Below the pieces are notes generated by a model that worked only from the letters and a program-made list of their open reading frames with translations, was not told the origin of the DNA and made no database searches. A stretch of 64,000 nucleotides of DNA, taken from an uncultured Clostridia bacterium. GTDB taxonomy: Bacteria > Bacillota > Clostridia > Christensenellales > Borkfalkiaceae. Every line of letters starts with the position of its first letter. Position 1 is the first letter of the stretch. The stretch lies in NCBI GenBank assembly GCA_949286835.1, contig CASEDP010000010.1, positions 1,696 to 65,695 of the forward strand. Reading direction: 5' to 3'. Positions 16,123 through 25,720 of the stretch are shown in pieces. The position numbers and the translations under genes are program-made.

Positions 16123-17601
16123 TTAACCCAACCTTGCGCGACTGACGGCAAGCGCCCAGCCGTCGCGTTTTCTGCGCCTTTCCTCCCCGCTCATTGCGGG
16201 CGTAAACCGCGCCCCGCCGCCCTCCAGCAAGGAGAGCTCCTCCCTGTTCCAATATCCGCAGGTAAGCCCCGCAAGATACGCCGCGCCGAGCGCTGTGGTT
16301 TCCACAACCTCCGGGCGGACAATGTCGATGCCCGATATGTCCGCCTGAAACTGCATCAAAAAATTATTGAGCGATGCGCCGCCGTCCACCCTTAAGGAGC
16401 TTACGTTTAGCCCCGAATCCCTGCGCATTGCCGCGATTAAATCTTCGGTCTGGTAGGCTATGCTCTCGAGCACAGCCCTTATCATATGCGCCTTGTTGGT
16501 GCCGCGCGTTATGCCGCAAATCACGCCGCGTGCAGAGGCGTCCCAATAGGGCGCGCCCAGCCCCGTAAACGCGGGTACGAGATATACACCCGCCGTGTCC
16601 TTTACTCTGTTAGCCCAGATCTCGGTCTCTGCCGCAGAGGAGACGAGCCCCAACTCGTCACGCAGCCACTGAACCGCCGCCCCCGCGACGAATACCGAGC
16701 CCTCCAGAACGTATGGCGGTCTGCCATCCGCAGCCGCGCCGAGCGTCGTCACAAGCCCGTTCGTGCTCTTTACCGCCTTCGAGCCCGTATTCATCAGGAG
16801 GAAACAACCCGTGCCGTATGTGTTTTTTACGTCGCCCTCCTCCGTGCAAAGATGCCCGAAGAGCGCCGCCTGCTGGTCGCCCGCGACGCCGCATACGGGA
16901 ACCTCCGCCCCGAGCACGCCCTTGTCCGTACAGCCGAACAGACTGCCCGACGGCAGGACACGGGGAAGCATAGACGCGGGTATGCCGAACAGCCTTAAAA
17001 GCTCTTCATCCCATTCGAGAGTGTGTATATTGAACAGCATCGTGCGCGAAGCATTTGTATAGTCGGTGGCAAAAATTCTGCCCTTGGAGAGGCGCCACAT
17101 AAGGTATGTATCCACCGTGCCGAAGAGCAGCTCGCCGCGCTCCGCCCTCTCCGCGGCGCCGCCGACGTTGTCGAGTATCCACCTTATCTTTGTAGCCGAA
17201 AAATATGCGTCCGGCACAAGCCCCGTCCGCTCGTATATAAACGGCGACAACCCGTCACGCTTGAGCTTTTCGGCATATTCCGCCGTGCGTCTGCACTGCC
17301 AAACTATGGCGTTATGAACGGGCGCGCCCGTCTTTGCGTCCCAGACGAGCGTAGTCTCCCTCTGATTGGTTATGCCTATAGCCGCTATGTCGCCTATGTC
17401 CGCGTCCGCCCTGGCGAGCGCTTCGGCAATGACGCCCATAGCCGTGCCGAATATGTCCCTGGGCGCGTGCTCGACCCAGCCCGCGCGGGGATAAATCTGC
17501 GCGAACTCCTGCTGCGCCTTGCCGACGATTGCGCCGCGCCTGTCAAAGACTATCGCGCGCGTAGATGTCGTGCCCTGGTCGAGGGCGAGTATATAGTCCA
17601 T
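16123..17601 (-). CDS. glpK: Glycerol kinase
   Basis: ORF trimmed to [33 protein letters not shown]. It is collinear with the FGGY family and with GlpK along its whole length. Confidence 0.95.
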   Translation of the reverse strand: MDYILALDQGTTSTRAIVFDRRGAIVGKAQQEFAQIYPRAGWVEHAPRDIFGTAMGVIAEALARADADIGDIAAIGITNQRETTLVWDAKTGAPVHNAIVWQCRRTAEYAEKLKRDGLSPFIYERTGLVPDAYFSATKIRWILDNVGGAAERAERGELLFGTVDTYLMWRLSKGRIFATDYTNASRTMLFNIHTLEWDEELLRLFGIPASMLPRVLPSGSLFGCTDKGVLGAEVPVCGVAGDQQAALFGHLCTEEGDVKNTYGTGCFLLMNTGSKAVKSTNGLVTTLGAAADGRPPYVLEGSVFVAGAAVQWLRDELGLVSSAAETEIWANRVKDTAGVYLVPAFTGLGAPYWDASARGVICGITRGTNKAHMIRAVLESIAYQTEDLIAAMRRDSGLNVSSLRVDGGASLNNFLMQFQADISGIDIVRPEVVETTALGAAYLAGLTCGYWNREELSLLEGGGARFTPAMSGEERRRKRDGWALAVSRARLG

Positions 17602-17635
17602 AGTCCTTCTCCGAAAGAAACGAATTTCGTATATA

Positions 17636-17664
17636 ATTCTAACACGGCGCGCCCGAGCTGTCAA
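17636..17664 (-). promoter_or_regulatory. Sigma-A-type promoter TTGACA-17-TAGAAT upstream of glpK
   Basis: Read directly on the minus strand, about 35 nt upstream of the glpK ATG. Confidence 0.55.
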
Positions 17665-17669
17665 CGGGC

Positions 17670-17702
17670 AAAAAAATAGCCCCGAAGAATTTTCTTCGGG
17701 GC
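17670..17702 (-). terminator. Rho-independent terminator of the NCS2 permease gene
   Basis: GCCCCGAAGAA / TTCTTCGGGGC stem followed by a T-run on the minus strand. Confidence 0.8.
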
Positions 17703-17724
17703 GCTGTGCCTTTAATTAAAGGAC

Positions 17725-19251
17725 TTAGGTCAATATGAATGTTGCAAGGAAGATAACGCCGATTACCCAGGTAGGAATGGAAACTTCCTTGATCTTGCCG
17801 GTGCAAACCATTACTATGATATACGTGATGATGCCGATGCCGATACCCTTGGAGATGGAATAACCGAGTACCATTACGATGAACGTAAGGAATGCGACGA
17901 TAGCTTCGGCTGCGTCCGTCCAGTCTACCTTTACCACGGAGGTCATCATAAGCACGCCTACCCAGATGAGAGCCGTTGCGGTAGCGCAGGAAGGAATGAG
18001 CTGGGCTATGGGCGAAAGGAACATTGCGACGATGAAGCAGATTGCCGTGACGAGAGCGGTGAAGCCCGTCTTGCCGCCTGCAGCAACGCCCGAAGAGCTC
18101 TCTACGAAAGTCGTGACCGTTGAAGTACCGGCGATTGCGCCTGCGCAGGTTGCGACTGCATCGGAGAGCATCATCTGGTTCATACGGATGGGCGCGCCAT
18201 TCTCGTCGAGGAGGTTGCCCTTAGAGCAAGCGCCGTAGAGAGTGCCGATTGTGTCGAACATATCTATCATACAGAGCGAAAGAGCCGTGGTGATGATGAG
18301 AACTACGAGAGTGCCTGCATTGTTGCCCTCTACGCCGAGGTATGCGGCGAAGTCAAAGCCTTCGGTAAATACCTTGCCTACGCTGTCCTTGCCCCACGCA
18401 GCGAATGCGTTGAAGGGATTGGAAAGGGAGATACTTTCAAAGAATGCAACTGCGCCTTCGGAACCGCAAGCCGTTGCGATGCCTGCAAGGATATAGAACA
18501 CGACAGCCGTGCCGAGAATACCCCACAGAATTGCGCCCTTTACGTTCTTCTTGGTCATTATCGCAATAGCGATTACGCCGAGAATTGCAACAAGTGCGGG
18601 AAGCATACCGCCAACCGTGCCTGCGTTGTAGGTCATAAAGCTGTTTGTCGAGCTGAGCACGTTGAACGAAACAAAGGTGACGAGCGTGGAGCTGTCAACG
18701 ACGATGCCCGCATTCTGCATACCGATGAAGGCGATGAACAGACCGATGCCGACGGGAATTGCGTGGCGTACGCCTGCGGGAATTGCAGCGAATATCTTCT
18801 GCCTTAAGCCCGTTGTGGTGAGCACGACGAAGATTACGCCGTCGAGCAGGGTGAATACCATACAGTTAGCATAGGTAAGTCCCGTTCCGCCGAGCACGAG
18901 CGTATAGACTATAAACGCGTTTATGCCCATACCTGAAGCCTGTGCGAGGGGCATCTTTGCATACAGCGCCATAAGCATTGTGCCGACGATTGCGCCGATT
19001 GCCGTTGCGATGTAAGCCGCGCCGTAAGGGTCTTCTCCGCCGATGACGTGTTGGAACATTCCTGCGTTTACCATAAGAATGTAGACCATTGCCATAAACG
19101 TCGTAAGGCCTGCCACGATCTCGGTCTTATAGGTAGAACCGCTCTTGGTAATGCCGAACCAGGCGTCAACCTTTCCGACCTTCTTTTCTTCGACAGCGGT
19201 TTCGGCAGTCTCTGCTACCTGCTCCTCCGTCTGCTGAGTTTCTTCAGCCAT
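17725..19251 (-). CDS. NCS2/AzgA family purine (adenine/guanine/hypoxanthine) permease with an acidic N-terminal extension
   Basis: 508 aa containing WFGITKSGSTYKTEIVAGLTTFMAMVYILMVNAGMF, the typical AzgA-type start. About 25 Glu/Thr/Gln-rich residues precede it. Confidence 0.9.
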   Translation of the reverse strand: MAEETQQTEEQVAETAETAVEEKKVGKVDAWFGITKSGSTYKTEIVAGLTTFMAMVYILMVNAGMFQHVIGGEDPYGAAYIATAIGAIVGTMLMALYAKMPLAQASGMGINAFIVYTLVLGGTGLTYANCMVFTLLDGVIFVVLTTTGLRQKIFAAIPAGVRHAIPVGIGLFIAFIGMQNAGIVVDSSTLVTFVSFNVLSSTNSFMTYNAGTVGGMLPALVAILGVIAIAIMTKKNVKGAILWGILGTAVVFYILAGIATACGSEGAVAFFESISLSNPFNAFAAWGKDSVGKVFTEGFDFAAYLGVEGNNAGTLVVLIITTALSLCMIDMFDTIGTLYGACSKGNLLDENGAPIRMNQMMLSDAVATCAGAIAGTSTVTTFVESSSGVAAGGKTGFTALVTAICFIVAMFLSPIAQLIPSCATATALIWVGVLMMTSVVKVDWTDAAEAIVAFLTFIVMVLGYSISKGIGIGIITYIIVMVCTGKIKEVSIPTWVIGVIFLATFILT

Positions 19252-19355
19252 TTGGAAAGTACCTCCGATTAAATTTTTCTTGAAGTTGAACGGCAGAAAA
19301 ACATATATTTCACGCCGTTTTCACAAAAACTAATTTTAGAATAACACTAAACAAC

Positions 19356-19386
19356 AAAAAAGGCAAACAATTTACGCTTGTTTGCC
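19356..19386 (-). terminator. Rho-independent terminator of the P-type ATPase gene
   Basis: GGCAAACAA / TTGTTTGCC stem followed by TTTTTTG on the minus strand. Confidence 0.7.
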
Positions 19387-19464
19387 CTTAGTTTTATTTA
19401 TATAATTGTGAAAAATAATTTGTACGCGCCCGACGCCTTGACAAGACGACCGAGCGCACCGCCT

Positions 19465-21795
19465 CTACGCCCCTTTTCCCCTGCCGATAAGCGCCGTTCT
19501 CATTGCGTTTGCCACGGCAAGGAGCATTACGCCGACATCGCCGAATATGGCAATAATGAGCGGGAACGAGGGTATGAACACGCTGCACATCATAATTGCG
19601 AACTTGACGACGAGGGAACCGACTATGTTCTGGCAGACTATGCGCCTCGTGCCCTTTGCAATCTTCTTCGCCTCGGGAAGCAGCGCGAGGTTGTCGGAGA
19701 CGAGGACGACGTCGCTCGCCTCTATAGCCGCGTCGGAGCCGACCTGACCCATAGATACGGCGCAGTCGGCAACCGTCATTACGGGGGCATCGTTTATGCC
19801 GTCGCCGACATAGATGAGCTTGCCCTCCTTTTTGAGCTTTTTTGCCTCCTCCAGCTTTTCGTCGGGGAGAAGAGAGCCTATCGTCACGCCCATTCCTATC
19901 TTCGAGGCGACCGCCTTTGCCCTCTCGGCGCTGTCCCCCGTGAGCATACACGTCTTTTCAATGCCCTGTTCGCGCAGTGCCGTAAGCGCCTCCCTGGCGC
20001 CCGCCTTTACGGTGTCGTCGATGTCGATAACCCCGACATATTCGCCGCCCAATGCAACATATATGAGCGTGGCGATGCTGCGCTTGCGCTTGTACGCGAC
20101 GCCGTTTTCCTCCATAAATTTGCCGTTGCCGCAGAGCAGCTCTTTTCCCCTTACCCTGCACTTTATGCCCCTGCCCGCAACCTCTTCGGCGTCGGTCGCG
20201 GCATAGTCTGTACGCACGTCTTTGAACGCCGCCGCTATGGGGTGCGAGGAATATCTTTCGGCTGCGGCGGCGAGCTTAAGCGCCCTTTCGGAGGAGTATT
20301 CGACAATTCTGAAAGTGCCCTCGGTAAGCGTACCCGTCTTGTCGAATGCGGCAATCGTCGCCTCTGCAAGGGCGTCCAGACTTGTAGAGCCCTTTACCAG
20401 TATCCCCGAACGCGCGCACCTGCCTATGCCGCCGAAATAGGAAAGCGGCACGGAGATTACAAGCGCGCAGGGACAGGAGATTACGAGGAAGGAGAGCGCC
20501 TTGTATATCCACTCCCTGTACGTCTCCCACGCGAACGCCGCGTTCACGCCGCAGACCACAGTGGGAACTATGCTTGCCAGCAGCACCGCCGCGATTACGA
20601 CTATCGGGGTATAGTACCTTGCAAAGGTCGTTATAAACTTTTCGGACTTTGCCTTCTTGGAGGTGGAATTTTCAACGAGTTCGAGAATTTTCGCCACCGC
20701 CGAATTTTTGTATTCCCTTACGACCTCTGCGGTTATAGCACCCGTAAGGTTGATTGCGCCGGACAGCACTTCGTCGCCGACGCCTACGTCCCTGGGCACC
20801 GCCTCGCCGTTGAGGCTCTTCATATCGAGCGAGCTCGCCCCCCCGGCTATCACGCAGTCGACGGGTATCTTTTCGCCCGCCTTGACGAGTATTTTATCGC
20901 CGATTTTAAGACTTTCCGGCGAGACGACAACCTGTCTGTCGCCGTCGATGAGCGTCGCCGTATCGCTCTTTAAATCCATAAGGTCGGATATCGACCGCCT
21001 CGACGCGCCGACGGCTATCGACTGCAACAGCTCGCCTATGCGGTAAAGAAGCATTACCGCAACGCCCTCGAACAGTCCGTCGCCCGTCGTTATGCCCAAA
21101 CCAATCGCGCCGACAGACGCCACCGCCATAAGGAAATTCTCATCGAAAATCTTGCCCTTGGCGACGTTCCTTGCCGTATTCCACAGCACTATGTAGCCGG
21201 AGAACGCGAACGCCACGGCATAGAAGGGAATGTAGACGTACCACTTCGCCCACTCAAACCCGCCGAGGTCGAAAACTATCGCGGGAATGAAGAATATGGC
21301 GGAGATGAGTATGGTTATTATGTCGACCTTGTTCTCCTCGAACACGTTTCTCTTCGGCGGTTTTCCGTCGACAATCCTGACATCCTCGAAGTGAGTTATG
21401 GCATATATCGCCTTATCGTATGCTTCGCTGTTTGCCGCGTTGAGGACGACTGTCATATTCATAAAGTCCACCGTGGCGGACACGCCGTCTATGGCGTTGA
21501 GCTCCTCTTCAAGCTCCCTGCCGCAGTTGGCGCAGCAGAGGTTGGCAATCTTTATGCGCCTGCCCTCCCTTGAAATCTCGGCGACGGGTTCGTCCTCCAC
21601 CACCTTTACTTCCTCGAAGTTGTTACAGCAGCGCTTTACCCTTTCAAGCGCGCCCTCCTCGCAGTCGGCGACTACCCTGGACGCCATAAAGTCTACGGTA
21701 GCCGACCTTACGCCCTCCAGCGAGGATATCTCCTCCTCGAGCTCGCGCGCGCAGTTGGCGCAGTCCAGCCCTTTAATCTTTATTGTCTCTTTCAT
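19465..21795 (-). CDS. Heavy-metal translocating P1B-type ATPase (Cd/Zn/Co-like) with two N-terminal HMA domains
   Basis: The two HMA domains carry CANCARELEEE and CCANCGRELEEE. Also present are the transmembrane CPC motif (VISCPCALVISVP), DKTGT, and GDGINDAP. The start is set at the ATG MKETIKIKG, overlapping the ArsR gene end by 23 nt. Confidence 0.9.
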   Translation of the reverse strand: MKETIKIKGLDCANCARELEEEISSLEGVRSATVDFMASRVVADCEEGALERVKRCCNNFEEVKVVEDEPVAEISREGRRIKIANLCCANCGRELEEELNAIDGVSATVDFMNMTVVLNAANSEAYDKAIYAITHFEDVRIVDGKPPKRNVFEENKVDIITILISAIFFIPAIVFDLGGFEWAKWYVYIPFYAVAFAFSGYIVLWNTARNVAKGKIFDENFLMAVASVGAIGLGITTGDGLFEGVAVMLLYRIGELLQSIAVGASRRSISDLMDLKSDTATLIDGDRQVVVSPESLKIGDKILVKAGEKIPVDCVIAGGASSLDMKSLNGEAVPRDVGVGDEVLSGAINLTGAITAEVVREYKNSAVAKILELVENSTSKKAKSEKFITTFARYYTPIVVIAAVLLASIVPTVVCGVNAAFAWETYREWIYKALSFLVISCPCALVISVPLSYFGGIGRCARSGILVKGSTSLDALAEATIAAFDKTGTLTEGTFRIVEYSSERALKLAAAAERYSSHPIAAAFKDVRTDYAATDAEEVAGRGIKCRVRGKELLCGNGKFMEENGVAYKRKRSIATLIYVALGGEYVGVIDIDDTVKAGAREALTALREQGIEKTCMLTGDSAERAKAVASKIGMGVTIGSLLPDEKLEEAKKLKKEGKLIYVGDGINDAPVMTVADCAVSMGQVGSDAAIEASDVVLVSDNLALLPEAKKIAKGTRRIVCQNIVGSLVVKFAIMMCSVFIPSFPLIIAIFGDVGVMLLAVANAMRTALIGRGKGA

Positions 21796-22156
21796 CGCAA
21801 TACAGATGCTCCTTTGCAACCTTTAATATTGTCATTATATGTTCGTCGGCGACGGAGTAGATGACCTGCTTGCCGCTCCGCCGGCACTTGATTATGTCGT
21901 TATCCTTGAGCGTCTTGAGCTGATGCGAGACGGCGCTCTGGTTTCCGCCTATCGCAGCGGTAAGGTGCTCCACGCACAGCTCGCCGCAAGACAGCGCAAA
22001 GAGTATTTTTAGACGCGACGGCTCGCTGATCGCCTTGAACCGCACAGCCATACGCTCTATGTCGCCGCCGCAAGGCATAGTTTCCAGCGCGCGCCGCACG
22101 TTCTCTTCGTGTTCCAGCCACTCCGACGCGCTGTCGCACCCGGTCTTTACGGACAT
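21773..22156 (-). CDS. ArsR/SmtB family metal-responsive transcriptional repressor
   Basis: ELCVEHLTAAIGGNQSAVSHQLKTLKDNDII is the wHTH with the ELCV metal-site motif. The start is at ATG 22156, with GGAGG 8 nt upstream. Confidence 0.85.
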   Translation of the reverse strand: MSVKTGCDSASEWLEHEENVRRALETMPCGGDIERMAVRFKAISEPSRLKILFALSCGELCVEHLTAAIGGNQSAVSHQLKTLKDNDIIKCRRSGKQVIYSVADEHIMTILKVAKEHLYCDERDNKD

Positions 22157-22194
22157 ATTTTCTGCCTCCGTCAATAAATTTTGTAAAATTAACT

Positions 22195-22240
22195 TATGAA
22201 TTGTTATTCATATATTATCACGACGCAGCGCGTTTGTCAA
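22195..22240 (-). promoter_or_regulatory. Promoter TTGACA-17-TAATAT with an abutting 7-4-7 operator TATGAAT-tgtt-ATTCATA for the ArsR-ATPase operon
   Basis: -35 at 22235-22240, -10 at 22212-22217, and the perfect inverted repeat at 22195-22212. This geometry is typical of ArsR/CadC operators. Confidence 0.6.
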
Positions 22241-22281
22241 CGAAAAAAGAGCGCGCTTTTAAAAAAACTGCCTTTGCGACC

Positions 22282-22323
22282 AAAAAGGCTGCGGAGGCGG
22301 AAATTTTTTCCGCCTCCGCAGCC
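22282..22323 (-). terminator. Rho-independent terminator of the vanW-PHP-recF transcription unit
   Basis: GGCTGCGGAGGCGGAAA / TTTCCGCCTCCGCAGCC form a perfect 17-bp stem followed by TTTTT on the minus strand. Confidence 0.85.
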
Positions 22324-22372
22324 CGCCGCCGCAACTATTATCTCACCGCTCAAGCCCAAAACGCCGCCTGCG

Positions 22373-23677
22373 TCAGGCGGCGCCCTGAATTTCCCCGCGC
22401 CGACTATCTTTTTGTTTGTCTTGACCGCCGTCTCCGCGCTTCACCTGTCTGATTTCGGCAACAGACAGATATTTGTCCTTGCGGAGGAGAATTTTTTCCT
22501 CTTTGCCGTCTTTCTTCTTTATGAGATAGCACACGCTCTCCGCGCCCTCCTTGGCGTAGCTTATCACCCTGTCCTCGTCGCCCTCCACCGTGACGGGCTC
22601 GGGGCTTGGAATGACGGCGCTCACCTCTGAGGAAAAGGCGTAGCTGAACCCGTCGCTCCTGCCGTAGAGTTTGAAAGTTACGCTGTCAGAGGATGCAGAA
22701 GCGCGGATATATACGGGCACGGGCGACGGATTTTTAATGCGCAGGTCGAAGTAGTCGCCGCTGACCATTGCATCGCGCGAGGGCGGAACATAGCTGACGA
22801 GCAGGCTGTGCGGATGATATTCGACAATTTCCAGCCCCGCGAGCAGGGCGGCGTTGTACAGCGTGGTGGACACCTGGCACACTCCGCCGCCATAGCCGTC
22901 GACAAACCTGCCTCCCGAAATGATTTTGGCAATTTTAAAGCCGTTTGCCGCCGTGCGCGCGCCCACCGCGCCGTTGAACGACAGCACTTCGCCCGCGGCA
23001 ATCACCCTGCCGTTGAGCTTTTCCGCCGCGAGCGCTATGTTGTGCGCGCGATCCTCCGCGCTGCCGTCGAAACGGGTGGTGAACGAGGAGATGAGCGCCG
23101 TATCCCGCGCGATCTGCTCTTCTGTAAGTTGCGGGGAGAAGTAGTTGAAAGATACGTACACCTTGCCGAACGTACCTCCGAGCGAACGGGCGATGTCCGC
23201 CCTGAGTTTTTTTACGTCGACAGTGCGTCCGTCCCTGCCCGCTTCCACCGTGAACGGCGCGCCCGTCGCGTTGAATATTACCTTAGGCTCTTCGGACCGT
23301 CTTTCGCAGAGGGCGCATATGCGAGCTATTGCCATATCCTCGTCGGCAAGGCGGTATGTCGGGGGAGATATCACGCTCTCCCCCCGCTTTGCGCCCCGAA
23401 GCGCCGACATAAACCGTTCTTCGTATATGATTTCGGGAAATATGAAATCGTATGTCCTGCCGTCGGCGCATATTTCGAGGCGCTTGCCCTTCAGCTCCTC
23501 TTCCGCCTTAAGCCTCAGGAGCGCATAAGCCGCCCTGTAAGTCATTCCCCCGACCCCGACGCCGTTCACGCTTACCCCGCGCGGCACCCACAGCGCGAAG
23601 CCGCAGGAAAATATAAAAGCGCCCGCCGCAAGGACAAGCGCAGTTACCGTACATACAGTTTTTTTGAATATCTTCAT
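22373..23677 (-). CDS. VanW family protein (membrane anchored)
   Basis: 434 aa with an N-terminal TM segment. The VanW core reads VLSFNGAVGARTAANGFKIAKIISGGRFVDGYGGGVCQVSTTLYNAALLAGLEIVE. Confidence 0.85.
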   Translation of the reverse strand: MKIFKKTVCTVTALVLAAGAFIFSCGFALWVPRGVSVNGVGVGGMTYRAAYALLRLKAEEELKGKRLEICADGRTYDFIFPEIIYEERFMSALRGAKRGESVISPPTYRLADEDMAIARICALCERRSEEPKVIFNATGAPFTVEAGRDGRTVDVKKLRADIARSLGGTFGKVYVSFNYFSPQLTEEQIARDTALISSFTTRFDGSAEDRAHNIALAAEKLNGRVIAAGEVLSFNGAVGARTAANGFKIAKIISGGRFVDGYGGGVCQVSTTLYNAALLAGLEIVEYHPHSLLVSYVPPSRDAMVSGDYFDLRIKNPSPVPVYIRASASSDSVTFKLYGRSDGFSYAFSSEVSAVIPSPEPVTVEGDEDRVISYAKEGAESVCYLIKKKDGKEEKILLRKDKYLSVAEIRQVKRGDGGQDKQKDSRRGEIQGAA

Positions 23678-24510
23678 TAAGTCAGACCAAGCGCCGCAAG
23701 CAGCCTTTCGTCGGGATAAAAGGGCGGAGTGCCTATATTGCGGTTTCCGCCGAAATAGTGCGTATCCGACCCGCCCGTAATCAGGAGAGCATACTCTGCG
23801 GCAATCTCCTTAAAGTACTGCGTCTGACTATCAGTATGCCCCGAATAGACGGCTTCTATGCCGTCCAGCCCGCACGCTCTGAGGCGTTCGATGAGGGATA
23901 TTACGCCCTCTTTTTCCATACTTATCCTCCCGGGGTGGGCAAGCGAGCATATCCCCCCGCACGCCTTTATGAAGCGCACCGTCTCTTCGGGCGAGGGACG
24001 GCATATGCACGAAAAACCCGCCGTGCCGTAGTTGAGATAGCGCGCGTAGAAGTCCACGGGCGAGGAGGCATAGCCCCGCCTTGCGCCCGCCGCAGCGATG
24101 TGCATAGCGTGTATGGGCGTACGGGTGAACCTGCGCTCTTTAAGGACGTCCTCGTATTTTATGCCGACGCCCTTTGCCGCCAGCTTTTTTAATATGTCTG
24201 CGGTGCGCCTTTCCGCCCCGTCGTCGAGCCTTTTGTGAAAGGCGGCATATTCCCCGCAGCCCAAGTCCATATTGTACCCGAGAATGTGCACCTTGACTTC
24301 GCCGTCGTATGCCGAAATCTCCTCGCCGCGCACGGCGACGATGCCCTGCTCTGCGGCAATGGCGGACACCTCTTCCCACGCGCAGGCGTTGTCGTGGTCG
24401 GTGACGGAGATCAGCTCCGCGCCCCTGCCCTTCGCGCTCGTAACCACCGTAAGGGGAGACTGCGCTCCGTCCGAATAATATGTGTGTATGTGCATATCGG
24501 CACGCATCAT
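23677..24510 (-). CDS. PHP domain phosphoesterase (TrpH/YciV-like)
   Basis: ORF trimmed to MMRADMHIHTYYSDGAQSP...VTDHD...GGSDTHY, which are the PHP metal-binding motifs. Its ATG overlaps the recF stop (ATGA) and its TAA overlaps the vanW ATG. Confidence 0.8.
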   Translation of the reverse strand: MMRADMHIHTYYSDGAQSPLTVVTSAKGRGAELISVTDHDNACAWEEVSAIAAEQGIVAVRGEEISAYDGEVKVHILGYNMDLGCGEYAAFHKRLDDGAERRTADILKKLAAKGVGIKYEDVLKERRFTRTPIHAMHIAAAGARRGYASSPVDFYARYLNYGTAGFSCICRPSPEETVRFIKACGGICSLAHPGRISMEKEGVISLIERLRACGLDGIEAVYSGHTDSQTQYFKEIAAEYALLITGGSDTHYFGGNRNIGTPPFYPDERLLAALGLT

Positions 24511-25592
24511 CTCTTTATAGCGCCCCCCTCTATCATTATCTTGTTGACCTCCCTGCCGTAGAGCACCCTCTCGGCGTGGGTGCAGGTGATAATCGTCTGC
24601 AGCCCCTCCGTGCGGGCGACGAGCTTTTTGCGCCTGGGAAGGTCGAGCTCGCTCATAACGTCGTCGAGAATGAGTATGGGATATTCGCCGCACGCCTCCC
24701 TGAAGATGTTGACCTCGGCGAGCTTTATTGCGAGCGCCGCCGTCCTCGTCTGACCCTGCGAGGCATAGTTCTTGGCGTCCTGTCCGTTTATGGTTATGTC
24801 GATGTCGTCCCTGTGCGGACCGCTTGCCGTATAGCCGAGGCGTATGTCCCTGTCATAGTTGTTTGAAAGCTCGTCGAAGAGGCGGGCGGACAGCTCCTCC
24901 CCGTCGCCCTTGTACTTCTTTTCGGGGGAAATTTCAAGCTTTTCCTGCCCGTCGGTGAGATATGCGTGCGCCTCCCCCGCGAGCGGCGACAGCTTTGCGA
25001 GGTATTCCGTTCTCCTTGCGGCAATCTCCGCGGCATAGCGGCAGAGCTGCGCGTCCCACACGGGCAAAGTGTCCATTACGAGGGAGATATCCCTGTTCTT
25101 TAAGAGGTTGTTGCGCTGTTCGAGTATCTTGTTGTACCTTGAAAGGGCGGTATAGTAGCTCTTGGAAAGCTGGGAAATGGAGATATTCAGAAATCTGCGG
25201 CGCTCGTCCGGACCGTCCTGAATGAGGCGGAGCTCCTGCGGGGAGAAAAAGACGGCAAACACGTTGCCGAGGAGGTCTGCATTGCGGCTTATCCTGTTGC
25301 CGTTGACGCGTATTTCCCTGCCGCCATCGGTGATTTCCGCGTCTATCGTCACGTCTCCGTATCTGCCCGCGCACACGCAGCCTATCGCTGCGGCACTCTC
25401 GCCCTCGCGTATCATCTGTCTGTCCCGCCTTGCACGCATAGAAGTGCCCGTGCAGAGGTAGAAAACCGCCTCCGCACAGTTGGTCTTGCCCTGCGCGTTC
25501 TTGCCGAACAACACGTTGAGGGCGGGGGAAAATTCAAACTTCTCTTCCGCGTAATTTCTGAAATTTTTCAAATACAATTTTTTAATGTGCAT
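24507..25592 (-). CDS. recF: DNA replication and repair protein RecF
   Basis: MHIKKLYLKNFRNYAEEKFEFSPALNVLFGKNAQGKTNCAEA carries the Walker A motif. An SMC-like signature and a Walker B motif (ILILDDVMSELD) are also present. Confidence 0.9.
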   Translation of the reverse strand: MHIKKLYLKNFRNYAEEKFEFSPALNVLFGKNAQGKTNCAEAVFYLCTGTSMRARRDRQMIREGESAAAIGCVCAGRYGDVTIDAEITDGGREIRVNGNRISRNADLLGNVFAVFFSPQELRLIQDGPDERRRFLNISISQLSKSYYTALSRYNKILEQRNNLLKNRDISLVMDTLPVWDAQLCRYAAEIAARRTEYLAKLSPLAGEAHAYLTDGQEKLEISPEKKYKGDGEELSARLFDELSNNYDRDIRLGYTASGPHRDDIDITINGQDAKNYASQGQTRTAALAIKLAEVNIFREACGEYPILILDDVMSELDLPRRKKLVARTEGLQTIITCTHAERVLYGREVNKIMIEGGAIKR

Positions 25593-25720
25593 TTCCGAGC
25601 AAAAAATACTTTATTTAATCGTCAATTTGGTATATAATGATTGTATGGCAGACGCCGCGTCGTTTTAACTATATTATAGCGCATTGCGGCAAAAAATTCA
25701 AAGGAATTACGGGCTAAATT

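Noticed and set aside
15145-16395. Long ORFs antisense to well-supported genes. Examples are 15145..16395, 19378..20973, 34436..35929, 36813..38300, 45770..47245, 50631..52739 and 54654..56258.
   Set aside because: Each lies opposite a gene with clear family motifs (trxB-like/glpK, the P-type ATPase, pyrG, purA, aroA/U32, the acidic protein, serA). Their translations are Arg/Ala/Gly/His-rich low-complexity sequence with no RBS. This is the usual stop-codon-poor antisense-frame artefact of GC-rich DNA.
19252-19464. A purine riboswitch upstream of the NCS2 purine permease.
   Set aside because: No TATAATCGCGTGGATATGGCACGCAAGTTTCTACCGGGCACCGTAAATGTCCGACTATG-like core is present. The region contains only the upstream gene's terminator and a short hairpin.
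25593-25720. The recF-dnaA spacer as oriC.
   Set aside because: It is only 128 bp and contains no TGTG or CACA tetramer, so it has no DnaA-box-like 9-mers. I saw no AT-rich unwinding-element pattern beyond a normal promoter.
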